A stretch of DNA of 64,000 bases from Candidatus Eiseniibacteriota bacterium (lineage in GTDB: Bacteria > Eisenbacteria > RBG-16-71-46 > JABDJR01): positions 352,001 to 416,000 of the forward strand of contig CAVXKA010000002.1 of assembly GCA_963762255.1 (NCBI GenBank), in the 5' to 3' direction. The translations under genes were made by a program, and so were the position numbers. A model generated the notes under the pieces. The model was not told the origin of the DNA. It saw only the letters and a list, made by a program, of their open reading frames with translations, and searched no databases. Below, one piece after another: positions 28,357 through 38,120 of the stretch. Every line of letters begins with the position of its first letter. Within the stretch, counting starts at the first letter, position 1.

Positions 28357-29577
28357 CTACTCCGCCCGCAGTGCGGTCACCGGGTCGAGCCGGGCCGCGC
28401 GTGATGCGGGAAAAATGCCGAAGAAGAGCCCCACCGCAGCGGACACACCAAATCCCAGCAGGGTCGCGCTGAGCGTGATACGCGCGGGGAAGCCGGTCGT
28501 CGCGGAGACGATCGAACTCACCGCGAACCCGATCAGGATGCCGACCAGTCCCCCGGTGATGGTGACCACGAGAGACTCCATGAGGAACTGGTTAAGAACG
28601 TCCCGGCGGCGCGCCCCCACCGCCTTGCGCACTCCGATCTCCCGGGTGCGTTCGGTCACCGACACCAGCATGATGTTCATGATCACGATCCCGCCCACCA
28701 CCAGCGAGATGCTCCCCACACCCAAGAGCACCAGGAAGATGCCCTTGGTGAGGTTCTCGTAAAGATCCATGAGCGCGTTGGAGGAGAACACTTCGAAGTT
28801 GTCGCCTTCGGCCGGCCGCAGCCCCCGCGACGCGCGCAGGATCCAGCGCATCTCGGCCAACGCCTCCTCGGTGGGCACGCCGACCGCCGGCTGCGCGAGG
28901 ATGGTGAAGCTCTGCCGGTCCCGGTACCAACCCATGAGCTCGGTGATGGGGATGGCCACGAAGTTGTCGGTGCTCTGCCCGAAGATCTTCCCCCGCTCCC
29001 CGAATACGCCGATCACGCTATAGCGGCGGCTTCCCACCCGGATGTCCTGCCCTACCGGGTCGCCGATCGGGAAGAGTTCCTTCGCGACCTCGCTTCCCAG
29101 CATGGCCACGCGCCGTCTTCCCCGCACGTCCTCCTCCCGCAGCGGCCGCCCGTTGACGAGAGGGTAGGGATCGTAGAAGGGGTTCTCCGAGGTGAGGCCG
29201 ACCACGCCGATTCCGCTCAGCTTGCGCTTCTCGTGCTTCACCTGGGCCCCGGTTTGCAGGAGCGCGCCTACGGAAGCCAGGCTCTCGCTGCGCTCGCGCA
29301 GGAACTCGTAGTCGTCGAGATCGAGGTCCGGACGCTTGAGGCGCTCGAAGTAGGTGTCCTCGTTGAAGGCGAGCCCGATCTTGTCGGCCTGAAGGAGCTG
29401 CGCGCCCTGCATGAGGATCTTCTCCGACACGTACTGGTTGAGCCCCTGAATGAGGCTCACCAGCGTGATGACGGTGATGACTCCCATGATGTGCCCGAGG
29501 AGGGTCAGGAAGGTGCGGAGCTTGTGGTTCCAGAGGGCGGTCAGCCCGAGCCTGAGCCCCTCCCAGAGGAGACGCAT
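28357..29577 (-). CDS. MacB/FtsX-family ABC permease
   Basis: NIMLVSVTERTREIGVRKAVGA. Start MRLLWEG overlaps the ATPase stop (TGATG). Confidence 0.92.
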   Translation of the reverse strand: MRLLWEGLRLGLTALWNHKLRTFLTLLGHIMGVITVITLVSLIQGLNQYVSEKILMQGAQLLQADKIGLAFNEDTYFERLKRPDLDLDDYEFLRERSESLASVGALLQTGAQVKHEKRKLSGIGVVGLTSENPFYDPYPLVNGRPLREEDVRGRRRVAMLGSEVAKELFPIGDPVGQDIRVGSRRYSVIGVFGERGKIFGQSTDNFVAIPITELMGWYRDRQSFTILAQPAVGVPTEEALAEMRWILRASRGLRPAEGDNFEVFSSNALMDLYENLTKGIFLVLLGVGSISLVVGGIVIMNIMLVSVTERTREIGVRKAVGARRRDVLNQFLMESLVVTITGGLVGILIGFAVSSIVSATTGFPARITLSATLLGFGVSAAVGLFFGIFPASRAARLDPVTALRAE

Positions 29578-30263
29578 CAGCGTGCTCCCGCGGTGGTGTC
29601 GCTTTCGATCCGCCCGTCTTTGAGCCGGACGCGGCGGTGGGCGTGAGCGGCGATGTCCTCCTCGTGGGTCACCAGGATCACGGTGTTCCCCTCGGCGTGG
29701 ATGCGGTCGAAGGCGACCATGATCTCCGTGCTGGTCCGGGAGTCGAGGTTGCCTGTGGGTTCGTCGGCAAGAATCAGCGAGGGGTTGTTGACGAGGGCGC
29801 GCGCAATCGCCACGCGCTGCCGTTGTCCGCCGGAGAGTTCGTTCGGACGGTGGTGGCCGCGGTCGGCCAGCCCCACCATCTCCAGCGCGCGATCGACCCG
29901 CCCTCGCCGTTCGGCTCGCGGCACCCCGGCGTAGATGAGTGGAAGCTCCACGTTGCGGAAGGAGTCGGAGCGCGCCAGCAGGTTGAAGGTCTGGAAGACG
30001 AACCCGATCCGACGGTTCCGGATCGCGGCAAGGGCATCGTCGTCGAGGCTGGAGACGGTCTCGCCGTCCAGGACGTAGGTGCCGGAGGTGGGGGTGTCGA
30101 GGCATCCCACGATGTTCATGAGCGTGGACTTCCCGCTCCCCGACGCCCCCATGACCGCCACGTACTCGCCGCGGGCGATGTCGAGATCGACGCCGTCCAG
30201 CGCGCGGACCTCCGTCGTCCCCATCTCGTAGATCTTCGTGAGCGAGCGGATCTCGATGAGCAC
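29577..30263 (-). CDS. ABC ATP-binding protein (MacB/LolD family)
   Basis: [31 protein letters not shown]. Confidence 0.95.
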   Translation of the reverse strand: MLIEIRSLTKIYEMGTTEVRALDGVDLDIARGEYVAVMGASGSGKSTLMNIVGCLDTPTSGTYVLDGETVSSLDDDALAAIRNRRIGFVFQTFNLLARSDSFRNVELPLIYAGVPRAERRGRVDRALEMVGLADRGHHRPNELSGGQRQRVAIARALVNNPSLILADEPTGNLDSRTSTEIMVAFDRIHAEGNTVILVTHEEDIAAHAHRRVRLKDGRIESDTTAGAR

Positions 30264-31573
30264 TAGTCCGCGTCCTTGTCCTTGTCCTTACCGCCGCTCT
30301 TGAGTTCCTTGACCTTCACCCCGTCCTTGAGATCCTTCAGAACCCCATACGGGCCGCTCACGATGAGGTCTTCCGGGCTCAGTTCCCCCTTCACCTCGAT
30401 GCGCGTGTCGTCGGCGATGCCCGAGGTCACCGGGACGAAGGTCGCCTTCCCGTCCACCAGCTTGTAGACCCCTTCGACGATCTCCTTGTCGCGCTTCTCG
30501 CGCGCGGTCTCGTCCAGCGTATCCGCAGGGGCCGCCGCCTTGCGCCCGCCCTTCTTCTCGCGGCGATCGACCGCGGCGCGATCCCGATCGAGGGCGCCGC
30601 GGCTGCGCGCCACCAGAGCCTGAATCGGGACGGTCAACACGTCCGTGCGTGTCTCGGTCTCGATGTCCACGTCGGCGGTCATACCCGGCTTGAGCCGCGG
30701 GTCGGGCGTCACGAATCGGACCTCGACCTCGAAGTTGATGGCCTCGTCCACGGTGCCCAACCCGCTGCCGCGGCCGGAGCTTCCCACCGAGACCACGGCG
30801 CCGTCGAAGCTGGTGTCGGGAATCGCGTCGACGGTGATCTTGGCCTTCTGCCCCACCGCCACGTGGATGATGTCCGCCTCGTCCACTTCGGCCACCACCT
30901 GCATCTCGGCGAGATCCGATATGGTGAGGATCACCGTACCCGGGTTGTTCATCGTCCCCACGATGGCCATCTCCCCCTCTTCGATGTTGAGGCGGGAGAT
31001 GACACCGGAAACCGGCGCCCGGTACTCGGTCTTCTTGAGGTCGTCGCGGCTGTCGCGGACAGACGCCTCCATGCGCGCCACATCCTGCCGCTGCGCTTCC
31101 ACCTGAGCCACCTGAACCTGGTAGTCGGTGCGAGCCCGGTCGAGCGCCTCCGCCGAGGTGAGGCCCTTCTCGTTCATGGCCTCCTGGCGGTCCTTGTCAC
31201 GGGAGAGCTTATCGAGCTGGGCCTCGGCGAGCCGCAGACTCGCCCGCGTGCTGTTGAGTCCCGCCTGGGCCTGCGCCACCCGGCTGCGATACTGCTCGGC
31301 GTCGAGAACGAGAAGCAGGTCGTCCTTCTTCACCGAGTCCCCTTCCGCCACATGCAACGTCTGCACCCGCCCCGGTACCTCGGCGCTCAAGTCGACCGAG
31401 GCCACCGCTTCGACCTTGCCCGGCGCGTTGGTGCGCGCGGTCACGTCGCCGCGCTCCACCTTGGCGGTCCTCGCCTTGACCGAGGGAGTGGAGGACCGGG
31501 AGAGGTTGGCGATCACGAGAACCGCCACGACCACGACACCGGCGCCAATCAGCAACCATTTCTTCACGGTCAT
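30263..31573 (-). CDS. Membrane fusion protein (MacA/HlyD family)
   Basis: N-terminal TM helix, barrel-sandwich G.V..L.V.EGD.V, alpha-hairpin, APVSG, LKPGMTA. Confidence 0.92.
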   Translation of the reverse strand: MTVKKWLLIGAGVVVVAVLVIANLSRSSTPSVKARTAKVERGDVTARTNAPGKVEAVASVDLSAEVPGRVQTLHVAEGDSVKKDDLLLVLDAEQYRSRVAQAQAGLNSTRASLRLAEAQLDKLSRDKDRQEAMNEKGLTSAEALDRARTDYQVQVAQVEAQRQDVARMEASVRDSRDDLKKTEYRAPVSGVISRLNIEEGEMAIVGTMNNPGTVILTISDLAEMQVVAEVDEADIIHVAVGQKAKITVDAIPDTSFDGAVVSVGSSGRGSGLGTVDEAINFEVEVRFVTPDPRLKPGMTADVDIETETRTDVLTVPIQALVARSRGALDRDRAAVDRREKKGGRKAAAPADTLDETAREKRDKEIVEGVYKLVDGKATFVPVTSGIADDTRIEVKGELSPEDLIVSGPYGVLKDLKDGVKVKELKSGGKDKDKDAD

Positions 31574-31647
31574 TCCCCCCTGGCGACTCAGCCAGCCTCC
31601 TCGTGCGGACACGTGAGCGCGCTTCGAGCTCCGCGTCCGCCTCCGTG

Positions 31648-33025
31648 TTACTCGGGAAGCGGGGCGCCGCGCGCCTTGTCCAGCGCCGCTTCGGAAATCT
31701 TGAGCCCGGTCTGGGCATTGACGAGGTTGTTGCGCGCCGTCGTGAGGCTCACCTGGGATTGGAGCAGTTCGAGCACGGTTCCCAGCCCCTGCTCGTAGCG
31801 TTGCTCGGAGAGACGCAGGTCCTCTTGCGAGGCCTCCACGCCGCGTTGCGCGGTCTCGATCGCGGCGATGGATGCGCGATAGTTCAGGATCGCCTCCTCG
31901 ACCTCCTGCTGCACCGCCAGCTTCAGATCCTGAATGTGGTAGTCGGCCTGGCGCGCCGCGGCCCGGGCCTGCTTGTCGTCGCCGAAATTGAAGAACGCGT
32001 CGAGGGTCACCGAGGCCCCCACTTGGACGCTCCAGCCGTGGGCCTGGTTCTCAGCCTTGATGTCGTACGGCTCGAGCACGTCGTCGACCAACTCGAACTG
32101 GGAGCGCGAGGCGCTGACGTCCGAGGTGCTGTAGCTGAACCGCGCGAAGAGGCCGGGAACCCGCGAGAGCAGCGCCGCCTTGGCGTAGTCGTTCGCGCTC
32201 CCCCGCTGGGCGATCGCTTGCCGAATGTCCGGGCGCACCAGAGCCTCATCCGCAACTCCCAAGCTGTCCACCGGCGCCGGCGCCGCGCTCAGGTCCCCGG
32301 CCAGCGTGAGAGGCGTGTCGGCGGAGAAGCCCATGAGCGTGGCCAGCCGTGAACGCTCGATCGCCACCTGGTTCTCCTGGCGGATGAGGGCCAGTTCGGC
32401 CTCCGACACCTGGACCCGCGCCTTCAACACGTCCACCTTCGCCACCGAACCCAGATCGAACATGCTCTGCACGCGGCGTTCTTCGTCGCGTGGCCAACTG
32501 AAGGCTCTCGGTCTGGACAATGAGAAGATCCTGGGCGCGCAGCACCATGTAGTACTGCTGGCGCACGCCGAAGGCGAGCTCCTGAGCCGAGGCCACCCGA
32601 CCGTGCCGCGCCGCCTGCACCGAGGCGTCGCTGCCGCGGTACCGGTACCAGAGCGGGAGGCTCAAGCTCTCGCTAAGGCCGAAGCCTGCCGTGGTTCCGT
32701 TCGACTGGGAATCCTCGGGAAGGTCCTCGCTCGCGACCGTGACCCCGTTGATCTCGGTCACCTGGTAGGAACTCGTCTGGTCGGATTTCGAATAGTAGAC
32801 GGACCCGTTCGCCGAGGGGAGCAGACCCGCCAGCGCGGACATGCGGGAACCCTCCGCCGAAGCGACTCCGGTCTCCGCCTGGCGGTAGGCGTAGTTCTGG
32901 CGGAGCGCGATGCGAACCGCTTCATCCACGTCCAGGGGATCGGCGAGGGGAGGGGCGGCCTCCGCTCGCGTGACCAGGACCGCGATGGCCAGCAATAGCG
33001 CGCAGAGGATTCTCGATCGCAACAT
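31648..33025 (-). pseudogene. TolC-family outer membrane efflux protein with +1 frameshift near 32491 (pseudogene or sequencing error)
   Basis: N-terminal half (signal peptide, A.R.N, YY.VL) and C-terminal half (G.VAKVDVL, Y.QGLG..LELL) join as ESLQLARDEERRVQSMF if one base is removed. 1378 bp = 459 codons + 1. Confidence 0.85.
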
Positions 33026-33198
33026 GAAACCTGCCTCCTTGAAATGCACCGTCGCGGTCCCGCGAATCACGGGTCCATACGGCTCGAACCGCGGCGAAGT
33101 TGCGCCAATGGTGCTGAATCGGAGTCCGGACTGAGGGGGACGGGGTCGTCGGGGCCACACTCTAGCGCATGGTCCGGCTCGCCGTCATGAGCCGATTT

Positions 33199-33224
33199 GG
33201 GCCGGCCCCACGAGGGGCCGGCCC
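33199..33224. terminator. Perfect 11-bp GC hairpin downstream of tonB (no U tract)
   Basis: GGGCCGGCCCC-ACGA-GGGGCCGGCCC. Confidence 0.4.
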
Positions 33225-33230
33225 GGAGGG

Positions 33231-33890
33231 CTAGCCGCTCCGGAGGGTGAACTCGAAGGGGATGCTGATGCGAGCCTTGACCGGCGTATCGCGCTGTTTG
33301 GCCGGCGTGAAGAGCCACCCCATGGCCGCATCACGGGCGGCATCATTCAGGCTCTGGATCGTGGTCGACTTGACCACGCGCGCGGCGATGACGCGCCCGC
33401 TCTCGTCGATGGTCACCTCGATCCAGACCATCCCCTCCGCCCCCGCCGCGCGCGCCAGCTCGGGATACTGCGGCGCGACGGTTTTGATCGGTTGCGGAGG
33501 CGAGTCGAAGGCGTAGAACGCGGCGTCGCCACTCCCCGAATCTTCGGGAATGACCGGCGGAGCGAACGGGTTGAAGTCGGTATCCGGGATGGTCTCCTCC
33601 AGCCCCACGGTCTCAGAGATCTCGAGTTCCGAGGGGAGCATCGGCCGCTCGATGTCCTTGGGTGGTGGCGGGACCACAATGTCCTCTGGAACGTCGATCG
33701 CCTGCATCTTCCGCTCGCGGAGCTGGTACGGCTTCATCTTGTAGGGCGGGACGGTGAGAAAGGCGATGCCGTGGACCGCTCCCGCGATGAGCAGAGCGAT
33801 CTCCACGACGCGCAGATACTTCGACTTGAACTCGAAGTTGGCGCCCCCCATCAGGGTGCCATGGAGCGCCTCCAGCGACGGGGTGCTCAT
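33231..33890 (-). CDS. tonB: TonB-family energy transducer
   Basis: TM helix with His, Pro-rich linker, TonB_C domain (P.YPELAR..G.EG.V, W.F.PA). ATGA overlap with exbD. Confidence 0.88.
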   Translation of the reverse strand: MSTPSLEALHGTLMGGANFEFKSKYLRVVEIALLIAGAVHGIAFLTVPPYKMKPYQLRERKMQAIDVPEDIVVPPPPKDIERPMLPSELEISETVGLEETIPDTDFNPFAPPVIPEDSGSGDAAFYAFDSPPQPIKTVAPQYPELARAAGAEGMVWIEVTIDESGRVIAARVVKSTTIQSLNDAARDAAMGWLFTPAKQRDTPVKARISIPFEFTLRSG

Positions 33891-34300
33891 GACTTCTTCT
33901 CCCGTTCCGTGGTGAACGACGCGTTGAGGGCCTGCGCCTCCTTGAGCATCTCGATCACCTCGGCGGCGATGGTCCACGGCACTCTCTCGTCGATGTTCAA
34001 TCCGGTGATGAGCGCGGGGTCGCTGCCAAGCTTGCCCCGCAGAATGGGAACGATGTCGACGAGCGTGATCAGGTTGTCGTCGATGGTCATCTCGCGAGCG
34101 CTCTGCACCCAGACGTGGGTAATCCTCTGGCGCGGCACCCGCTGGCCTGCTTCGGCCCGCGGCAACTGTACCGGCAGCCCCTCCTCCATCTTGAAGATGG
34201 TGGTGGCCATGAAGAAGATGAGGAGCAGGAACGCGATGTCGGCCATCGAGGCCGTCGGCACCTCGTTCCTGGTGCCCATGGTCCGTTTCACCTTGGCCAT
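33887..34300 (-). CDS. exbD: ExbD/TolR family protein
   Basis: ASMADIAFLLLIFF TM helix with the essential Asp. Confidence 0.9.
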   Translation of the reverse strand: MAKVKRTMGTRNEVPTASMADIAFLLLIFFMATTIFKMEEGLPVQLPRAEAGQRVPRQRITHVWVQSAREMTIDDNLITLVDIVPILRGKLGSDPALITGLNIDERVPWTIAAEVIEMLKEAQALNASFTTEREKKS

Positions 34301-34301
34301 G

Positions 34302-34715
34302 TCACGCCCCCTTGGTCTTGAGCGAGATACGGCTGGCGCCGGCCATCTTCAGCTCGTCGAGAATGTCCACCATCACCCTGTAGGGAGCCGTGGAGGGCGG
34401 CTCCACCGAGACCACGAGCTTGTCGTTGGCCGCTTCCGCTTCCTTCACGAGGATTCGGATCTGGTTCAGCGGCGTCGGCTCATCGTCCACCAGGAAGACC
34501 GCCCCGGTAGGATCGGTGGTGATCACCATCACGTTCTGCCGGTTCACAGCAATCGCCGAACTGGAAGTGGACTTTGCGGGCAGGATCAACGAGAGCCCGA
34601 ACTCCTCGGAAATGGTCGTGGTGGCGATGAAGAAGATCAGGAGCAGAAACGCCATGTCGGCGAGGGAGGCCTGGGGAATCTCCTCGCTGGCTTTCATCCT
34701 GTGGATCTTGGCCAT
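34302..34715 (-). CDS. exbD: ExbD/TolR family protein
   Basis: ASLADMAFLLLIFF. Confidence 0.9.
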   Translation of the reverse strand: MAKIHRMKASEEIPQASLADMAFLLLIFFIATTTISEEFGLSLILPAKSTSSSAIAVNRQNVMVITTDPTGAVFLVDDEPTPLNQIRILVKEAEAANDKLVVSVEPPSTAPYRVMVDILDELKMAGASRISLKTKGA

Positions 34716-34777
34716 GTTCGTTTACCTCGCGGGTTCCCCGGCCGGCACCGGCCGTCCGGGGCTCCCGACCGCCCTTG

Positions 34778-35665
34778 CTATGCCTTCTGTTCCCGCTCCA
34801 TGTCCACCAACGTGTCCACCAGTTCCACCGACGCCTCTTCCATGTCGAGCACGAAGCGGTCGATGTTGGAGATGAAGTAGTTGACGGCGATCTGCACCGG
34901 GATGGCGATGACCAGACCGGCTTCGGTCGTGATCAGGGCCTCGGAGATCCCGCTTGCCACCAGCTTCGCGCTCACCTGTTCCGCGGCGGCGATGGCCTCG
35001 AAGGCGTGAATCATGCCCGACACCGTCCCGAGGAAGCCCAGCATCGGGGCAACGTTTACAACCGAGGTCAGGACGATGAGCCCCCGCTGCAGGAAAGACA
35101 TCTCAATCGCGCCTGCGTTCTCGATCGCCTTCTCTACCTCTTCCGGACCCTTCGTGGCGCGGCTGAGGCCGGCGTGCAGGATGGCGGCGATGGGGCCGCG
35201 CGTCCTCTGACAAACCTCGATGGCGCCGGGAACGCCGTCTTCCTTAAGTGCGCCGATCACCTTGCTCATGAACTGACGGGTGTTCACCTTGGCGCGGTGG
35301 AACGTCCAGGCGCGCTCGATGATGACGGCCAGGCCAACGATCGAGCAGAGAAGGAGCGGCCACATGAAGATGCCGCCCTTCACGAAGGTCTCGACCAGGT
35401 AGCCCTGCGGCGGAAGCTCGACCGGCGCCTCCTCGGCGCCGCCACCCAGCGTCGGCAGTGCTTCACTCACCTGACCGGCCCCGCCGGCGTCGGCGCCCGG
35501 CATCGCTTCCCCGGCCGCCGGCTGCTCGGTGCCGGTGGCCTGAGGCTCCTGGGTCGCCGGGGGGGTAGCCTCCTGAGCGAGCGCGAGGGTGAAGGACACG
35601 GCGGCCAGAACCAAGACCATGGAGACCACCATGACCCAACCGCTGAATCTAGAGTTGGCGACCAT
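34778..35665 (-). CDS. exbB: MotA/TolQ/ExbB proton channel protein with N-terminal signal and Ala/Pro/Glu-rich extension
   Basis: GG.FMWPL, APMLGFLGTV.GMI.AF, GISEALITT..GL. Confidence 0.92.
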   Translation of the reverse strand: MVANSRFSGWVMVVSMVLVLAAVSFTLALAQEATPPATQEPQATGTEQPAAGEAMPGADAGGAGQVSEALPTLGGGAEEAPVELPPQGYLVETFVKGGIFMWPLLLCSIVGLAVIIERAWTFHRAKVNTRQFMSKVIGALKEDGVPGAIEVCQRTRGPIAAILHAGLSRATKGPEEVEKAIENAGAIEMSFLQRGLIVLTSVVNVAPMLGFLGTVSGMIHAFEAIAAAEQVSAKLVASGISEALITTEAGLVIAIPVQIAVNYFISNIDRFVLDMEEASVELVDTLVDMEREQKA

Positions 35666-35870
35666 CTACCGTTCTCCTTGTGCGATGCGCACTTATTGCG
35701 CCGGCAAGGCGCACGCCGACACAGCGGCGGCGCTCCCGGATACGGAACTCCACGAGGTCAACTGGGAAGAGGGAAGATGTTGGCCCGCCCGGAACCCTAT
35801 CGGGCGGATACCCCGAGCATCTCGGGGGAGGCAGCCGACGATCTGCACCACCGATCGCCGAACTCGAACG

Positions 35871-35899
35871 AGGATAAGACCCTGTGAAGAGGGTGTCAA
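35871..35899 (-). promoter_or_regulatory. sigma70 promoter P1 for exbB-exbD-exbD-tonB
   Basis: Minus strand TTGACA-N17-TATCCT. Confidence 0.7.
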
Positions 35900-36169
35900 G
35901 CTGTGGTCCTCGCGCGCGGCCCGAGGCCGCCCCGCGCCGTTTCGGAGCGGGGGAAAACGCGATATCCAGGTTGAGGACGTGTCAGGGAGCCACCCAGCCA
36001 GCCGCACCACCTCGTCCACGCGCCGGCCCGGTCGGCTCACCGGGGCTGCAACCGCCACTCGAGCACACTCCGGGAAAGGTCAAGACCCGCCCCCCCAGCG
36101 CCGATATCTGCTCTTAAGCCCCCTCGGGGACTGGAGCTCGGCAGGGGAACACGGAAAAACGAAGCCAGC

Positions 36170-36198
36170 ACTATAGGTTGGGCGCCCCAAGGTGTCAA
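36170..36198 (-). promoter_or_regulatory. Second near-consensus sigma70 promoter (P2) firing leftward
   Basis: Minus strand TTGACA-N17-TATAGT. Confidence 0.7.
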
Positions 36199-36221
36199 CC
36201 GAGGGCGCGGGGAGACATCGG

Positions 36222-38096
36222 ATGCGCGTCATTTCGTTCGCGGGCTCGCTCGCGCTGGTCATCGCCTTGCACGGCGCCGCAGCGGCGAACCAGGGTCAGT
36301 ACGCCCCCATCACCGACGATCTCTCCGATGCCAGAGAGGCTCTCGCATTGATGCGGGACCAGGGAGCCACCGGCCTCTCGGTGGAGGCGATCGCCTACTA
36401 CCAGGAAGGCATCGACGCCGCACGACGGGGCGACCGCGCCGAGGCCATCCAGAACCTGACCAGCGCGGGCCAGCTCGACCCGGCCCTGCCCGAAGCCCAT
36501 CTGGCCCTCGCGCGCCTGCACTTTCCTATGGAGCCGTCGGTCGTCTTCGCCGACCTCGTGCGCGCCGCCCGCGCCGCCGTCTCTTCCTTCAGCGCGCAGC
36601 ACCTGCTCCTCGTCAACGTCATCTTCATCTTCCTCATCGTCGCAACGCTCGGCAGCGTCCTCACCGTCCTGTATTCGGTGGTGAAGCTGATCCCGAGGGT
36701 GCACCACTCCACAGCCGAACTCCTGCGCCGGTGGCTACCGCCGGCGGTCGCCTCGCTGCTGGCGATCCTCGTCATCCTCGCTCCCGCGCTCTGGCGCGTC
36801 GGACTCGTGCCGGTCCTGCTGCTGTTGGGAGGGACGATCTGGTGGTGGATGGACCGCGGCGATCGCCGGTGGCTCGTCACCCTCGCCGCGCTCACCGTCG
36901 CCACGCCGCTCCTTCTTTGGGGGTTTTCCCCCGTTCTCTATTCCCCCTTCGATCCCTCCGGCGGGGCCCATCTCATGGGTCAGGCCATGTCGGCCCCCTA
37001 CTCAACCGGGTTGGCGGAGGCGATGCGGGACGCGCGGGCGCGCGAGCCCGAGAACGCCGATCTCGCGTTCGCGGAGGCGATGGTGCTCAAGAGAGGGGGG
37101 CGGTTCGACGAGGCCGAGGCGGCCTATCAGGAAGCGCTCCGCTTCGGGGCCTCGGAGGCACTCACCTACAACAACCTGGGCGTGATCGCCTTTCTGCGCG
37201 GAAACTACGACGGCGCCCTGGCTCTCTTCGACGAATCGACGTCCGCGGAGTCGGATCACGCCGCTCCCCACTACAACATGAGCCTGGCCTACGCCAAGAA
37301 GCTGCTCTTCGAGAAGGCCGACGAGCAAATGCTCGAGGCGAACCAGCTCTCCATCAACCGCATCCGGGCGATCCTGCGCCACGGAGCCGACGGCAGGGAG
37401 AATCCTCTGCTGGACGAGCCGCTTCCAGCGACCGCCATGTGGGCGGCGGCCTGCGACGCTCCACGCCACATGCCCGGGCTGCCGCGGTGGATGGGATTCG
37501 CGTTCCCGGGCGCGCTTGCCGCTCTCCCCTTCGTGTCCTTGCCCATGTTGGCCCTCGGCCTCGTACTCGGGCGCAAGCTCAGCCTCGCGCTGCCGAGTCT
37601 CGGCTGCGCGAATTGCGGCCGGCCGGTCTGCCGGCGTTGCCTCCGGCGCATCCGCAAGGCCGCCTACTGCACGCCGTGCGGCGACGCGCTGCTGCGCATC
37701 CAGAGCACGGCCTATTCGAAGCTCGTGCTCGATTCGCGTCTCAGGCGCAACCGCACCTTCTCGTCGATATTCCCCCGGCTGGCCGGCTGGATCCTGCCCG
37801 GCTACCACGCGTCCCGCACCGGACACGCCGATCTCGCCGCGATGCTCTCCATGGGCGCCGCGCTGGGGGTGTTCGGTCTGTTCAGCGATCGACTTCCTGT
37901 GACGCGCCTGGCGTGGGTGGAGAACGGACCGAGCCTCTGGTGGCCGCTCCTGCCGGTGATCCTGCTGGCGATCGCCTTGGTGGCCTCCGTGCTCACGACC
38001 CTCAGGCTCAAACCCGCGCCCCCCGTCTCCGACTGGGATGAGGACGACATCCCCCGGGGACGGCCGGCACCGCGAAGCATGGGACGGGCGGCATGA
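36222..38096 (+). CDS. Membrane TPR protein with a Cys-cluster zinc-binding segment
   Basis: Signal peptide, TPRs (YNNLG, HYN.S), several TM helices, CANCGRPVCRRC...YCTPC. ATG at 36222 with GGAG RBS. Confidence 0.8.
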   Translation: MRVISFAGSLALVIALHGAAAANQGQYAPITDDLSDAREALALMRDQGATGLSVEAIAYYQEGIDAARRGDRAEAIQNLTSAGQLDPALPEAHLALARLHFPMEPSVVFADLVRAARAAVSSFSAQHLLLVNVIFIFLIVATLGSVLTVLYSVVKLIPRVHHSTAELLRRWLPPAVASLLAILVILAPALWRVGLVPVLLLLGGTIWWWMDRGDRRWLVTLAALTVATPLLLWGFSPVLYSPFDPSGGAHLMGQAMSAPYSTGLAEAMRDARAREPENADLAFAEAMVLKRGGRFDEAEAAYQEALRFGASEALTYNNLGVIAFLRGNYDGALALFDESTSAESDHAAPHYNMSLAYAKKLLFEKADEQMLEANQLSINRIRAILRHGADGRENPLLDEPLPATAMWAAACDAPRHMPGLPRWMGFAFPGALAALPFVSLPMLALGLVLGRKLSLALPSLGCANCGRPVCRRCLRRIRKAAYCTPCGDALLRIQSTAYSKLVLDSRLRRNRTFSSIFPRLAGWILPGYHASRTGHADLAAMLSMGAALGVFGLFSDRLPVTRLAWVENGPSLWWPLLPVILLAIALVASVLTTLRLKPAPPVSDWDEDDIPRGRPAPRSMGRAA

Positions 38097-38120
38097 CGAT
38101 CAGACTGGAGTCGTAGCCGC

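Noticed and set aside
32485-32497. Programmed frameshift or phase variation in tolC
   Set aside because: No slippery heptamer, homopolymer or short tandem repeat at the site.
35589-36176. ORFs in the exbB upstream region (35589-36176 +, 35693-36058 -)
   Set aside because: Arg/Pro/Gly-rich low-information translations without RBS or motifs, overlapping clear promoters.
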